Positions 1-9,674 of a stretch of 64,000 bases of DNA are shown in pieces. The DNA is from an uncultured Actinomycetes bacterium (GTDB lineage Bacteria; Actinomycetota; Thermoleophilia; RBG-16-64-13), in assembly GCA_963841735.1 (NCBI GenBank), contig CAWJDT010000001.1:256001-320000 (forward strand). Reading direction: 5' to 3'. Both the position numbers and the translations under genes were made by a program. The notes under the pieces are model-generated. The model saw only the letters and a list, made by a program, of their open reading frames with translations. It did no database searches and was not told where the DNA came from. Numbering within the stretch: position 1 is the stretch's first letter; each line of letters begins with the position of its first letter.

Positions 1-245
1 CTTACCTCTAAGACCAGGTCGCTCGGGGCGCGGCGGCCGTCCTTGCGGCTGCCGTCCTTGCGGTCACCGTCCTTGCGGCTGCCTCGGGCGCTCCCGTGGT
101 CGCGATCCTTGCTGTGGTGGTCCTTGTGGTGATGGCGCCCGTCTTTGTCGCGGCGGTGCTCGTCGTGCCCACGAACATCTTTGTCGGAGCTCCCCTTTTC
201 GCCCCGAGACCGGCCCTCTTCTCGCTGATGTTTGTCCGGCCTCAT
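1..245 (-). CDS. oppF: Oligopeptide/dipeptide ABC ATPase (OppF-like), 5' part, runs off the window; long His/charged N-terminal extension
   Basis: ATG at 245 overlaps the oppD stop (ATGA). Open frame MRPDKHQREE...APSDLVLEV, where LVLEV is the usual start of the ATPase domain. Follows oppD in the operon. Confidence 0.7.
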   Translation of the reverse strand, partial: MRPDKHQREEGRSRGEKGSSDKDVRGHDEHRRDKDGRHHHKDHHSKDRDHGSARGSRKDGDRKDGSRKDGRRAPSDLVLEV

Positions 246-1231
246 TGGACTCCCCCTTCCGGGTTCACATAGCAGCGGGTGCAGTGGGCCTCACCCACGG
301 ACTCAAGCTCGGGCCAGGGGTCGCACTGACAGCGCTCCACCGCATAGGTGCAGCGGGGCAGGAAGGCGCACTTACCCGTCATGCGGCCCAAGTTGGGGGG
401 CAGGCCCGGAATAGCTTCCAGCCGGCGGCCCTCCCCTTCGTCTATGCGCGGCACGCAGCGCAGTAGGCCGATGGTGTAGGGGTGCCGGGGGCGGGCAAAT
501 ACTTCTTTGCAGGTGCCGCTCTCTACGATGCGTCCCGCGTACATGATGTAGAGGGTCTGGGCGTAGCGGGCCACCACTCCTAGGTTATGAGTCACGATGA
601 CCAGCGAGGAGTTGAACTTGGCCACCGCCGCCACCATCATCTCCAGGAGCTGGGCCTGGGTGGTGACGTCCAGAGCGGTGGTGGGCTCGTCGGCGATGAC
701 CAGTCTTGGGTTACAGGAGAGGGCCATGGCGATCATGGCCCTTTGTCTCATGCCGCCGCTGAACTGATGCGGATAGTCGCCCAGGCGGGTCTCGGCGTTG
801 GGGATGCCTACCATCTCCAGGAGCTCGGTCGCCCGGGCTTTGGCTTCTTTCTTGTTCATCTTAAGGTGGAGCTCCGGCATCTCGGTTAACTGCCGGCCTA
901 TGGTTAAGACCGGGTTAAGCGAGGTCATGGGCTCCTGGAAGATCATGGCTATCTTGCCGCCTCTGACCGAGCGCATCTCGGGGCCGTTGGCCTCATAGGC
1001 CATGAGGTCGCGGCCTTCAAAGAGGATCTCGCCTTGCGTGATCTTGCCGGGGGGACGGATGAGGCGCATCACCGAGAGCTGGGTGACCGACTTGCCGCAA
1101 CCCGACTCGCCTACCACCCCTACGATCTCTTGCTCGTTGATGGTGAAGGAGACGTCGTCCACGGCCTTTACCAGGCCGTCGTCGGTACGGAACTGGGTGT
1201 GGAGGTTCTTGACTTCTAGGAGGGGGGTCAT
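242..1231 (-). CDS. oppD: Oligopeptide/dipeptide ABC ATPase
   Basis: Walker A GESGCGKS, signature FSGGMRQR, DEPTTALD, HPYT and C-terminal Cys cluster. Start trimmed to ATG 1231 (MTPLLEVKNL). Confidence 0.95.
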   Translation of the reverse strand: MTPLLEVKNLHTQFRTDDGLVKAVDDVSFTINEQEIVGVVGESGCGKSVTQLSVMRLIRPPGKITQGEILFEGRDLMAYEANGPEMRSVRGGKIAMIFQEPMTSLNPVLTIGRQLTEMPELHLKMNKKEAKARATELLEMVGIPNAETRLGDYPHQFSGGMRQRAMIAMALSCNPRLVIADEPTTALDVTTQAQLLEMMVAAVAKFNSSLVIVTHNLGVVARYAQTLYIMYAGRIVESGTCKEVFARPRHPYTIGLLRCVPRIDEGEGRRLEAIPGLPPNLGRMTGKCAFLPRCTYAVERCQCDPWPELESVGEAHCTRCYVNPEGGVQ

Positions 1232-1253
1232 GGTGTCCTTGAGGCCGTGGTTT

Positions 1254-2150
1254 CTATATGGTCCCGCGCAGGCGGGGGTCCAAGGCGTCGCGCAGGCCAT
1301 CGCCGAACATGTTGAAGCCGAAGACCGTCAGCATGATGGGGATACCCGGCGCGATGGACATCTCCGGATTGCTGAGCAGGAACGTGTACCCCTCCTTGAT
1401 CATGAACCCCCAAGCAGCCGTGGGCGGGTTGATGCCGGCGCCCAGGAAGCTCAGACCCGCTTCGGCCAATATCGTCGCGCCCATGCCGATGGTCATCAGC
1501 ACCAGGCAAGGGGCGAAGGCGTTCGGGTAGACATGACGAAGCATCATCCTCCAGCTACCCACACCTATAGTGCGTCCTGCCAGGACATAGTCGTTCTGTT
1601 TGACGCTCATGGCCTGAGCACACATCATGCGGCACTGGCCAGGGATGCCCCCGATGGCCAAGGCGATGATGACGTTCTTGACCCCCCCGCCGAGTACCGA
1701 CGAGATGACCAGAGCTAGGACGATCATGGGTATGGCCATCATGGCGTCGATGAGCCGCATTATGATGGTGTGCACCCAGCCCCCGAAGAAGCCCGCGAGC
1801 AGACCCAACAACTGGCCGATGATCGCGCCGATGGTGACGGCGCACAGACCTACGATGAGTGAAGTCCGAGCCCCGTATACCACCCGGCTGAGCGTATCTC
1901 TTCCCACGCTGTCGGTACCCAGCCAATGCCCGCTGCTGGGGTGCAGCAGTTTGCCTGTCAGATCGGTGGCATAGGGATCATGAGGCGCTATCAACGGCGC
2001 GAAGATGGCCACGATGATCATCCCGAACACGATCGCCAGGCCCACTACGGCGAGCTTCCGCCGCAAGAACACCCTGACCAGCCTCTTCCATTCAGGCTGC
2101 CGTGCTGGTTCTTCGTCCCACGTCGCCGCGCAGTCGCCTGCACTAACCAT
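1254..2150 (-). CDS. oppC: Peptide ABC permease
   Basis: HWLGTDSVGRD motif, EAGLSFLG, C-terminal GDGLRDALDPR. Confidence 0.95.
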   Translation of the reverse strand: MVSAGDCAATWDEEPARQPEWKRLVRVFLRRKLAVVGLAIVFGMIIVAIFAPLIAPHDPYATDLTGKLLHPSSGHWLGTDSVGRDTLSRVVYGARTSLIVGLCAVTIGAIIGQLLGLLAGFFGGWVHTIIMRLIDAMMAIPMIVLALVISSVLGGGVKNVIIALAIGGIPGQCRMMCAQAMSVKQNDYVLAGRTIGVGSWRMMLRHVYPNAFAPCLVLMTIGMGATILAEAGLSFLGAGINPPTAAWGFMIKEGYTFLLSNPEMSIAPGIPIMLTVFGFNMFGDGLRDALDPRLRGTI

Positions 2151-2184
2151 ACAGATTCTCCGTATTCCTCAGAAACAACACGCT

Positions 2185-3147
2185 CTACCTGTAGCTCTCT
2201 CTGATTCGCGGGTCCAGCCACGCATAGGCCATGTCCACCAAGAGGTTTGCAATAACGATCACGAGCGCCATGAGCAGGACGACACCCTGTACCGCCGGGT
2301 AGTCTCGGTCCATGACTCCGCCGGCCAGCATCCCTCCGACACCGGCGATGCCGAACACCCTCTCGACGAAGACAGCGCCCCCGAACATGAAGCTGACCTG
2401 CATGCCCATTGTGGTGACGACGGGTATCAGACCATTCTTCACTATATGCCGTCGGACGACGGTCTTCTCCTGCAGACCTTTGGACCAGGCTGTGCGGATG
2501 TAATCCTGGTGGGAGACCTCGAGCATGCTCGAGCGCGTCTGCCGCGTTTGCGCCGCGATACCGAATACGGCCATGCAGAGCACCGGCAGGATCGCCTGCC
2601 GCACGTGCTCACCGAAGTTGTCAAAGGGAGACACGTACCCCTGCGAGATGCTCACCCAGCCCAGTTTCAAGCCAAAGATGTACAGGAAGACAATGGCGAT
2701 CCAGAAACTGGGCAACGTTATCCCCAGATTAGCCGTCACGCTCACGACAGTATCGGGCCACTTGCCCCTTCGAATCGCGGCTATCACTCCGAGCGTCGGT
2801 CCAAGCAGGGAACTCACTATGAGCGCCAAGATGCCCAGGTTGAGGGTGATCGGGAGCCTCTCCTTTATCATCTGGCTCACAGGGGTCTGATAGTAGATGG
2901 ACTCTCCCAGGTCTCCTTTCAAAACGCCGCCGATCCAATCGAAGTACTGGGCTATGAGAGGCTTGTCTAGGCCATAGTCCTGCCTGAGTTTCTCGAGTTC
3001 TTCCTGGCTGTAGTTGGTGTAGTCCTCGCCGAGAACGGTGCGCAACGGGTCACCCGGCAACCAGTGCATCATGATGAACACCAATATGGTGACCACGAAC
3101 ATGACGACGACGCCCAGGAACAGGCGGCGGATGATGTAGCTTGTCAA
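2185..3147 (-). CDS. oppB: Peptide ABC permease
   Basis: YIIRRL N-terminus, LPGDP, GDLGES, DYIRTAWSKGL, YAWLDPRIR. Confidence 0.95.
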   Translation of the reverse strand: MTSYIIRRLFLGVVVMFVVTILVFIMMHWLPGDPLRTVLGEDYTNYSQEELEKLRQDYGLDKPLIAQYFDWIGGVLKGDLGESIYYQTPVSQMIKERLPITLNLGILALIVSSLLGPTLGVIAAIRRGKWPDTVVSVTANLGITLPSFWIAIVFLYIFGLKLGWVSISQGYVSPFDNFGEHVRQAILPVLCMAVFGIAAQTRQTRSSMLEVSHQDYIRTAWSKGLQEKTVVRRHIVKNGLIPVVTTMGMQVSFMFGGAVFVERVFGIAGVGGMLAGGVMDRDYPAVQGVVLLMALVIVIANLLVDMAYAWLDPRIRESYR

Positions 3148-3282
3148 CTAGACCGCCCGGCAGTTCGCTGTCATGTAACGCAGCGCGATCCGAGCCAGCG
3201 GCCACACCAAGGCAGCATCACTGCGGGAGTAGCCCACCGACTCAGATCGCATAAGACTGGTAATCCGTGCCCTCACACCTGG

Positions 3283-4980
3283 CTACTTGCTGAGCCAGGC
3301 TATCTCGGGCAAGAACTCGCCAACTGTGTTGTTACCAAAGCCGTAGTCGTGCACCGCGGGCGACTTTGCGACAAGGCCCTCGTTGACCATGAAGGGCACC
3401 ACAAGGCAGAAGTCGTCCACCGCGATCTTGTTCAACTCTTGGTACAAGATCTCGCGCTTCGCCAGATCGTTCTCGACCTTCATCTGCCTGTAAACCGCGT
3501 TGAACTCTTCGGGGATCCAGATGTCGACGAATATGGGCGAGTCCTCACTGAAGTTCCCGCCGAGAGCGGTGGAGTACTGCATCTCGATTCCGTTATAGGA
3601 AAGGTCCGTCAGGATCAGCTCGTCCTTGAAGCCGTTCTCTGCCATGGCCTTCTGGGCCGGGAAGTTCTGACCGTTCAGTTCGAGATTGATGCCTACCACT
3701 TTCAGGTAATCCTGTATGACCGTCATGACTTGGCTTTCGTCCCCGGCCTGGATGATGTAGGTGAATCTCACATTCCACGGGTTCTCCGGGCTGATGTTGA
3801 ACTTGGATTCGGCCAACAGCTGCTTGGCTTTGGCCACGTCGTACGGATGGCCCGTGATAGCCGGGTTGTAGGCCTGCATGCCCTCGGCGGCCAGCTGCAT
3901 CGTGGGGAACATGAAGTCCCCGTATACACCCTTCACAATCGCATCCACGTCTAGGGCATAGGCCATAGCCTCACGGACCTTCTGATCTGAGAAGGGACAG
4001 GTATCGCTCTTGCTGTCCCCGCCGATCGACCACACCGAGAACACGCGAGTGTCCACGGTATACCCGTCTGCCAATAGGCCCTTGGCGTTGGCAGCACTGA
4101 CTCCGTAGAGTGCGTTGGCCTCTCCGTTCTGAAGTGCCATGAGAGAAGCCATGGAGTCGCTCACCAACCGGATCTCCACGCCGTCCAGATAGGGGAGCCC
4201 CGGCTGCCAATAGTCATCAAAGCGCTCGAACTTGAGAGAGCGCGCGGTCTTGTACTCAGCGAACTTGAAGGGCCCGGTGCCCACCGGATGCATCATCGCT
4301 TCCTTGTCGCCCATGGCCTCGACGGCGGCGGGAGAGACCATCTTGCCGGCGCCGCTCGAGTTCAGGCCCTGCAACCACAGAGGATCCCACGCCGAGAAGC
4401 TAACAAGCACTGTGTAGCTGTCCACTACCGTGACATCCGTTACGTCCGCCAGGTCCTTCTTGTCGCTTTCAAAGCGCCACTTGTCAAAATTCCACTTGAC
4501 CGCGTCAGCATTGAAATCGGTGCCATCGTGGAACTTGACACCCTCACGTAGGTGGAAGGTGATGGTCTTCGCAGCTTCGTCGATATCCCAACTCGTGGCC
4601 AACTGCGGAACCGGGTTCCCTTCCGCGTCCAGACCAATGAGGTTCTCGACCGCATACCGGGACATCTGCACATCCGTGAAGCCGGTCTGTAGCCAGAAGG
4701 CCCCGAGGTTGGTCGGAGCAGCGTAGTGAAGCAGCACAAGCGTTCCCCCATACTGAGGCGCGTCGCCACTCGCGGGTCCCTGAGGAGCCTCAAGGGCGCT
4801 TCTGACAACCCCACCCTCAGTGGTAGTCGCGCCCCCGGTGGGCCCAGTCGCATCACTCGAGGAGGTACTGGATTGGGAAGTAGTAGTCGTGGCGTCCCCT
4901 CCGCAGGCGGCCACCAAAACCGCCAGCAGAACCACCCCCAACACACATCCAAGCAACACCAACAAACGCCTAGACTTCAT
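3283..4980 (-). CDS. oppA: Family-5 solute-binding lipoprotein
   Basis: Lipobox LVAAC, Thr/Ser tether, LREGVKFHDG, PVGTGPFK. Start at ATG 4980 (MKSRRLL) with GGAGG upstream. Confidence 0.93.
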   Translation of the reverse strand: MKSRRLLVLLGCVLGVVLLAVLVAACGGDATTTTSQSSTSSSDATGPTGGATTTEGGVVRSALEAPQGPASGDAPQYGGTLVLLHYAAPTNLGAFWLQTGFTDVQMSRYAVENLIGLDAEGNPVPQLATSWDIDEAAKTITFHLREGVKFHDGTDFNADAVKWNFDKWRFESDKKDLADVTDVTVVDSYTVLVSFSAWDPLWLQGLNSSGAGKMVSPAAVEAMGDKEAMMHPVGTGPFKFAEYKTARSLKFERFDDYWQPGLPYLDGVEIRLVSDSMASLMALQNGEANALYGVSAANAKGLLADGYTVDTRVFSVWSIGGDSKSDTCPFSDQKVREAMAYALDVDAIVKGVYGDFMFPTMQLAAEGMQAYNPAITGHPYDVAKAKQLLAESKFNISPENPWNVRFTYIIQAGDESQVMTVIQDYLKVVGINLELNGQNFPAQKAMAENGFKDELILTDLSYNGIEMQYSTALGGNFSEDSPIFVDIWIPEEFNAVYRQMKVENDLAKREILYQELNKIAVDDFCLVVPFMVNEGLVAKSPAVHDYGFGNNTVGEFLPEIAWLSK

Positions 4981-5122
4981 CACCCCTCCATTCAAGAACC
5001 TACTGCTGGCTAATCCTCGCTCTTGCCTACCCTGCTGCCCATCAATCGTCTAGCTCCATGCACCTGCTCCATTGGCTCACCGCCAGCGCCAATTAGTACC
5101 ACAGGCCCTCTGCAGGCTGAAT

Positions 5123-5148
5123 GAACGTTGGTGTATACACTTTCGTTC
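5123..5148. promoter_or_regulatory. Palindromic operator candidate upstream of the opp operon
   Basis: GAACG-ttg-GTGTATACAC-ttt-CGTTC dyad symmetry. Confidence 0.45.
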
Positions 5149-5260
5149 TGCTGCGCTCCACGCGCCCAGTCGTCCGCTATCCGGTATAACTCACGCCCGC
5201 TGGGGCCGCGCTGTTGAATGCACTCGGAATGTTTTTGTCGAACGGGTCACAAGTCCTCAC

Positions 5261-5300
5261 ACAACAGAAAGGGGGCGCAGCTTTCGCTGCGCCCCCTTTC
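5261..5300 (-). terminator. Rho-independent terminator of the OB-fold lipoprotein gene
   Basis: 15-bp perfect stem GAAAGGGGGCGCAGC / GCTGCGCCCCCTTTC, GAAA loop on the minus strand, U-rich 3' side. Confidence 0.85.
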
Positions 5301-5388
5301 AAAGCGCGCCCTGTCCTGGGGCTGCGGCATGATGCCGGTCAAACTACCTGCACCATTCCGCCCAAACTAGCTCTAGTGCCTCAAACTA

Positions 5389-6474
5389 CTACTTTACTAC
5401 CAGCTGAGCGGGATCGGTCAGTTCGATCTCGCCCTTGCCCTGGAACGTGTTCTCGTAGATGGCGCCAGTGACGGTGACCGTCTTGCCGACCAGAGTGTTC
5501 AGATCGCCGAAGGCGGCGATGTTCGCGTACGCGACCATGCCGTTGAAGCCAGCGCCGTCATCAGCGCTGTCAAGCTGGATCAGCCACTTCTCAGCCCCTG
5601 CCAAGTCCACAACACCGGCGACCGTTCCGGTCACGGAACCTTCCTCGCCATAGTGTGCTTTCGCCTCATCGGCGGTGTAAGCGGCGGCTTCCACAATCTT
5701 CAGCTGAGCGGCCTCGGTAAGCAGAATCTCAGCCTTGAGCTCGAACGCGTTCACGTACACCTCGCCGGTGACCTCAACGGTCTTGCCGATCAAGGCCTGC
5801 AGGCCGGCAGCGCCACCGAAAGCGTCGGCGCTGGCATATTCGACTGTGGCGTTGAAGCCGTCGTCGCCCTCAGAGCCGATCTGCAAGATGTACTTGTCGA
5901 TGCCTGCGCCCTTGTCAACCACAGCCATGACCGGTCCGGTCACAGTGGCGGTCGTACCTTCAAGGTCCAGAGCCGCATCCCAATTGGTGGCCGCAGCGGC
6001 AGCCGCGGAGGGACCAACCAGCTTGAACTGAGCCGCGTCGGTGAGCAGGATCTCAGCCTTGAGCTCGAACGCGTTCACGTACACCTCGCCGGTGACCTCA
6101 ACGTCCATCCCCACCAAAGCGCTCAGGGCAGCCATGCCGCCGAAAGCGTCGGCGCTGGCATACTCGACTGTGGCGTTAAAGCCGTCGTCGCCCTCAGAGC
6201 CGATCTGCAAGATGTACTTGTCGATGCCTGCGCCCTTGTCAACCACCGCGAGCACAGGGCCGGTGACCGTTACGGTCTCGCCCTCATGGTCGATGGCCTG
6301 ATCCCAAGGAACTGTGACAGCGGCAGCGACGGTAGTCGTCGGTGCTTCTGTCGTCGGTGCTGCTGTCGTTGTCGGTGCCACTGTCGTTGTCGTTTCCTCA
6401 GTCCCACCACATCCGGCGAGAACAAGGCTTCCCAAGAGAACTACCGCTACGAACAGTACGAACAACTTCTTCAT
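5389..6474 (-). CDS. Surface lipoprotein with Thr-rich tether and three tandem OB-fold-like domains
   Basis: RBS AAGGAG, MKKLF...LVLAGC lipobox. Three ~100-aa repeats of pattern A..h.G...TVTG.V...F...V.....F......L.GK.V.VTG.(V/I).....EI.LT...Q. Confidence 0.85.
   Translation of the reverse strand: MKKLFVLFVAVVLLGSLVLAGCGGTEETTTTVAPTTTAAPTTEAPTTTVAAAVTVPWDQAIDHEGETVTVTGPVLAVVDKGAGIDKYILQIGSEGDDGFNATVEYASADAFGGMAALSALVGMDVEVTGEVYVNAFELKAEILLTDAAQFKLVGPSAAAAAATNWDAALDLEGTTATVTGPVMAVVDKGAGIDKYILQIGSEGDDGFNATVEYASADAFGGAAGLQALIGKTVEVTGEVYVNAFELKAEILLTEAAQLKIVEAAAYTADEAKAHYGEEGSVTGTVAGVVDLAGAEKWLIQLDSADDGAGFNGMVAYANIAAFGDLNTLVGKTVTVTGAIYENTFQGKGEIELTDPAQLVVK
5721..6250. repeat. Near-identical intragenic duplication (324-bp period) encoding OB repeats 1 and 2
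   Basis: For example ATCTCAGCCTTGAGCTCGAACGCGTTCACGTACACCTCGCCGGTGACCTCAACG occurs at ~5726 and ~6050. Confidence 0.9.
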
Positions 6475-6767
6475 TACGTACCCCTCTCCTTTGTCCCGCA
6501 TACGAGTTCGTATACGAAGTTGGACCAGCCTAAACAGACTAGACGTTCCGTCGTCGTCTGTCAATCGGAAGAAGACGGGTTTCGTTCATCCACCTTCGTA
6601 GATGCACTTCGGAGCATATCGCGGCCGGGCCGGCAAGAGAGGTACTGTGCGCTTGAACGAGCCAGAAACCTGCGACCTGAAAACGGCAGACCTGCACATG
6701 AGCCGAGCGCGCTAGGATGTATCCGAGGCAACAGTGGCAAGCGTGACGAGTCTGGAGCCTGAGCACT

Positions 6768-7454
6768 ATGGACCATCTGGAGGAATACAAATCATCACCC
6801 CCCATCCGGGTGCTGATCGCGGATGACCACGACCTGATACGCCAGGCTCTGAGAACGGTGATCGACAACGAGCCCGATATGGAGGTGGTGGGCGAGGCCG
6901 CAGACGGCGAACAAGCGGTCGCCCTGGCTGCCAGACTCAACCCCGACGCAGTGATCATGGACATAGAGATGCCCAACATGTCGGGAGTCGAGGCCACCAA
7001 ACAGATCAAGGCGGTGTTGCCCAGCGTCATCATCATCGTTCTAACAGTCCACGACAGCAACGAGTACATCCTTCGGATCCTTGAGGCAGGAGCCGCGGGA
7101 TATCTGACCAAGACTGTCATCAGCAAGGATATCCCCGCCGCGATACGCTCCGCCCTTAAAGGGGAGTCCATATTGTCCGAGGAGATCCTCAAGAAGCTGC
7201 TTGCGTATGCCCTGCGCTACCCGACAAAACGCCACGCCACGATTCTCGAAAGCCCTCTTACCGAGCGCGAGCTCGACATCCTCAGACTCGTAGCCCAAGG
7301 CGCCAGCAACAAGAGTATCGCCGCCCAGCTGACGCTCACCGAGAACACTATCAAGAAGTACATGATGAACATCTTCGCCAAAGTCGGAGCCACCTCCAGA
7401 ACCGCGGCGGTGATCAATGCCCAGCAGAACGGGCTGCTCCCGCCGAATGACTAG
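6768..7454 (+). CDS. NarL/LuxR-family response regulator
   Basis: REC domain (LIADDH, MDIEMP, GYLTK) and LuxR HTH (LTERELDILRLVAQGASNKSIA). Confidence 0.95.
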   Translation: MDHLEEYKSSPPIRVLIADDHDLIRQALRTVIDNEPDMEVVGEAADGEQAVALAARLNPDAVIMDIEMPNMSGVEATKQIKAVLPSVIIIVLTVHDSNEYILRILEAGAAGYLTKTVISKDIPAAIRSALKGESILSEEILKKLLAYALRYPTKRHATILESPLTERELDILRLVAQGASNKSIAAQLTLTENTIKKYMMNIFAKVGATSRTAAVINAQQNGLLPPND

Positions 7455-8589
7455 GCCCGCAAGACCGGGCCGCTCGGTGGCGGATCCACTTTCCCGCGTG
7501 CGAAGGTACCGCTACCTGCACTATGGGGTACTTCTTGTCAGCACCGCGGCCATACTCTTTCTCTACTACGCATACGAGAGCCATATGCCCACGCCGTCGG
7601 GGCACTATTTATCTTGGTTTTGGAGTGTGTTCTATTTCGAGTTTCGCAATGATGTCATCGGCCTTTTGATGCTGTTTCCTATACTATACTCGGCCATAAC
7701 TTTGGGCTGGAAGCGCGCAACAATCGTTGTGATAATACTTATTGCTTCTATCTTTCCCTATATTGTTACGTTCTCTTATAAGCCGTACAGCTGGATAGCT
7801 AGCTTTGGCTGTCTTCTCATACCACCGACAGTCATCATCAGTATCGAGATGAAACTGATGTCGGACGCAAGGGAGCGCAGAGCGGAAGAGGAGAAACACC
7901 GGGAAAAAGCCGAGTTCATGAGACAGCTCATTTCTGTGCAAGAGGATCTGCGGAAGCGCATAGCACAAGAGTTGCATGACGGCGTCGCCCAGAGTCTGCT
8001 GGTCACCGCGAGCGTCGCCCACAACATGCTGGACGACGGCCGGGTAGCAGACGAGGCCGTGAGAACAGAACTGGAGGCTATAAAGAGGCACAGCCTCGAG
8101 ATGGTGTCCGAGGTGCGGTCCATCTGTCAGGATCTCAGGCCCAGCGTGTTGGACCATCTGGGCCTCGTCTCCTCGATCAAGTGGCTCATCGACAACCTGT
8201 GCGAAGAGACAGGGATCAGGGTCGAGTATGAATCCGAAGGCACCGATTTCGAGTCAACACCAGACGAGAGCCTGGCGTTGTTCAGAATCGTTCAGGAGGC
8301 GCTGAACAACGTCAAGAAACATTCTCAGGCCGACACGGTCCATGTCTCCATAGCGGCCGGCGCAGACGGTATCTCCATCCAGATAAGGGACAACGGTAGG
8401 GGATTCCAGCTGCCGCAGACATACGGCCGGCTCGCGCAAAGCGGCAAGCTGGGCCTCCTGGGGATGGCCGAAAGAGCGCAGTACATCGGAGCCTTGCTGG
8501 AGATCAAGCCCGCGGAGGGCATGGGCACCACTGTAAGCATCTCTGCCCCCCGGAAGGCGCCTCAAGGTTCGACGGAGACCGGCGGATAG
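7447..8589 (+). CDS. Membrane sensor histidine kinase (HisKA_3 type)
   Basis: N-terminal TM segments, H-box RIAQELHDGVAQ, FRIVQEALNNVKKHS, DNGRGF, GLLGMAERA. Overlaps the regulator's 3' end. Confidence 0.93.
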   Translation: MTRPARPGRSVADPLSRVRRYRYLHYGVLLVSTAAILFLYYAYESHMPTPSGHYLSWFWSVFYFEFRNDVIGLLMLFPILYSAITLGWKRATIVVIILIASIFPYIVTFSYKPYSWIASFGCLLIPPTVIISIEMKLMSDARERRAEEEKHREKAEFMRQLISVQEDLRKRIAQELHDGVAQSLLVTASVAHNMLDDGRVADEAVRTELEAIKRHSLEMVSEVRSICQDLRPSVLDHLGLVSSIKWLIDNLCEETGIRVEYESEGTDFESTPDESLALFRIVQEALNNVKKHSQADTVHVSIAAGADGISIQIRDNGRGFQLPQTYGRLAQSGKLGLLGMAERAQYIGALLEIKPAEGMGTTVSISAPRKAPQGSTETGG

Positions 8590-8598
8590 ACCTTTCGC

Positions 8599-9642
8599 CT
8601 ACTGCTCGGCCAACCGCCTGAAGTAGTCGTAGATGTCCTGGGAGGGTCCTTTGCCGGCATTCGCGGCTATCCATTTCTGGGCTGAGGGCTCGAAACAATC
8701 CATCCATAGCTCCAACTCGCCGGCGTTAGGCTCGACCACCGTCTGGCCCGCGCATTTCTGCCAGCCTCCGGCCTCCACCTCGAGGCTGGCGCTGCGAAGC
8801 CTCTCCTCGAACCACGGGCTGAGGGCGTCTATGGCCGCCCTCACTTCGTCGGGAAGCCCGTTCCAGACATCCCAGTTCATGGCCACTACAATACCGCCCT
8901 GGCCGAGCCCCAGATCCAGATGGCTGTCGAACGTCTCCTCCATACCCCTGTCGGTGACGACGTACACCGGCGCCATGCAACCCACGATCACGCCCTTTTG
9001 CGCAGACATAGCCCAATCCCCCGACGATATGTCCACCGGAGTAGCACCGGCAGCTTCGAGCACCAGGACGCTGTCACCCATGGAGGCTATCTTCATGCCC
9101 TTAATGTCGTCCGGGACGTGGATCTCCTTGTCGCTCACGTGTATGGACGTGTTCGTCGCGAGCGATCTGGCGAGGATCTTCACGCCGCCCATCTCCGCGG
9201 ACATCTCAGGGAATCTCTCCAGAAGCCTGTCCCAGATCTGCCTACCTCTGCCGTTGGGTACCGCGACGGACCCCAAGGTGACTACGCTGTTCAGACTCCA
9301 CTGCTTCGCCACATACGCGAGGTTGATCATGGCAATATCGCAGACGCCGCCCTCGGTGGCTTCAAGAGCTTCCCCGCCCTTGGCCAAGCTCTCGGCTGGA
9401 TAGATGGTGAACCTCACCCGGCCGCCGGTGGCTTCTTCGACCTTCCTGGTCCACTCTTCCATGGCCAGCGCAGGCGGAGCCGTCGAAGGGATGTGGTGGC
9501 TGACTTTGAGCTCGTAGACCCCGGCGGAAGCAGCGCTGCCGGTCTGCTCTTGGCCGGCACAGCCCACAACCAGCACACCTGCGGCCAACATCGCGGTCAG
9601 ACAGGCAAGCGGCAAGCTGGGCAATAACCGCGGCTTTTTCAC
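8599..9642 (-). CDS. dctP: TRAP transporter solute-binding lipoprotein
   Basis: GTG start with GGAG RBS, lipobox VVGC, LKVSH...VEEATGGRV.F.IYPAESL, PDDIKGMKI, WNGLPDEVR. Confidence 0.88.
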   Translation of the reverse strand: MKKPRLLPSLPLACLTAMLAAGVLVVGCAGQEQTGSAASAGVYELKVSHHIPSTAPPALAMEEWTRKVEEATGGRVRFTIYPAESLAKGGEALEATEGGVCDIAMINLAYVAKQWSLNSVVTLGSVAVPNGRGRQIWDRLLERFPEMSAEMGGVKILARSLATNTSIHVSDKEIHVPDDIKGMKIASMGDSVLVLEAAGATPVDISSGDWAMSAQKGVIVGCMAPVYVVTDRGMEETFDSHLDLGLGQGGIVVAMNWDVWNGLPDEVRAAIDALSPWFEERLRSASLEVEAGGWQKCAGQTVVEPNAGELELWMDCFEPSAQKWIAANAGKGPSQDIYDYFRRLAEQ

Positions 9643-9674
9643 GTCTCTCCCCCGAGTCAGGGCGCCAAGTTCAA

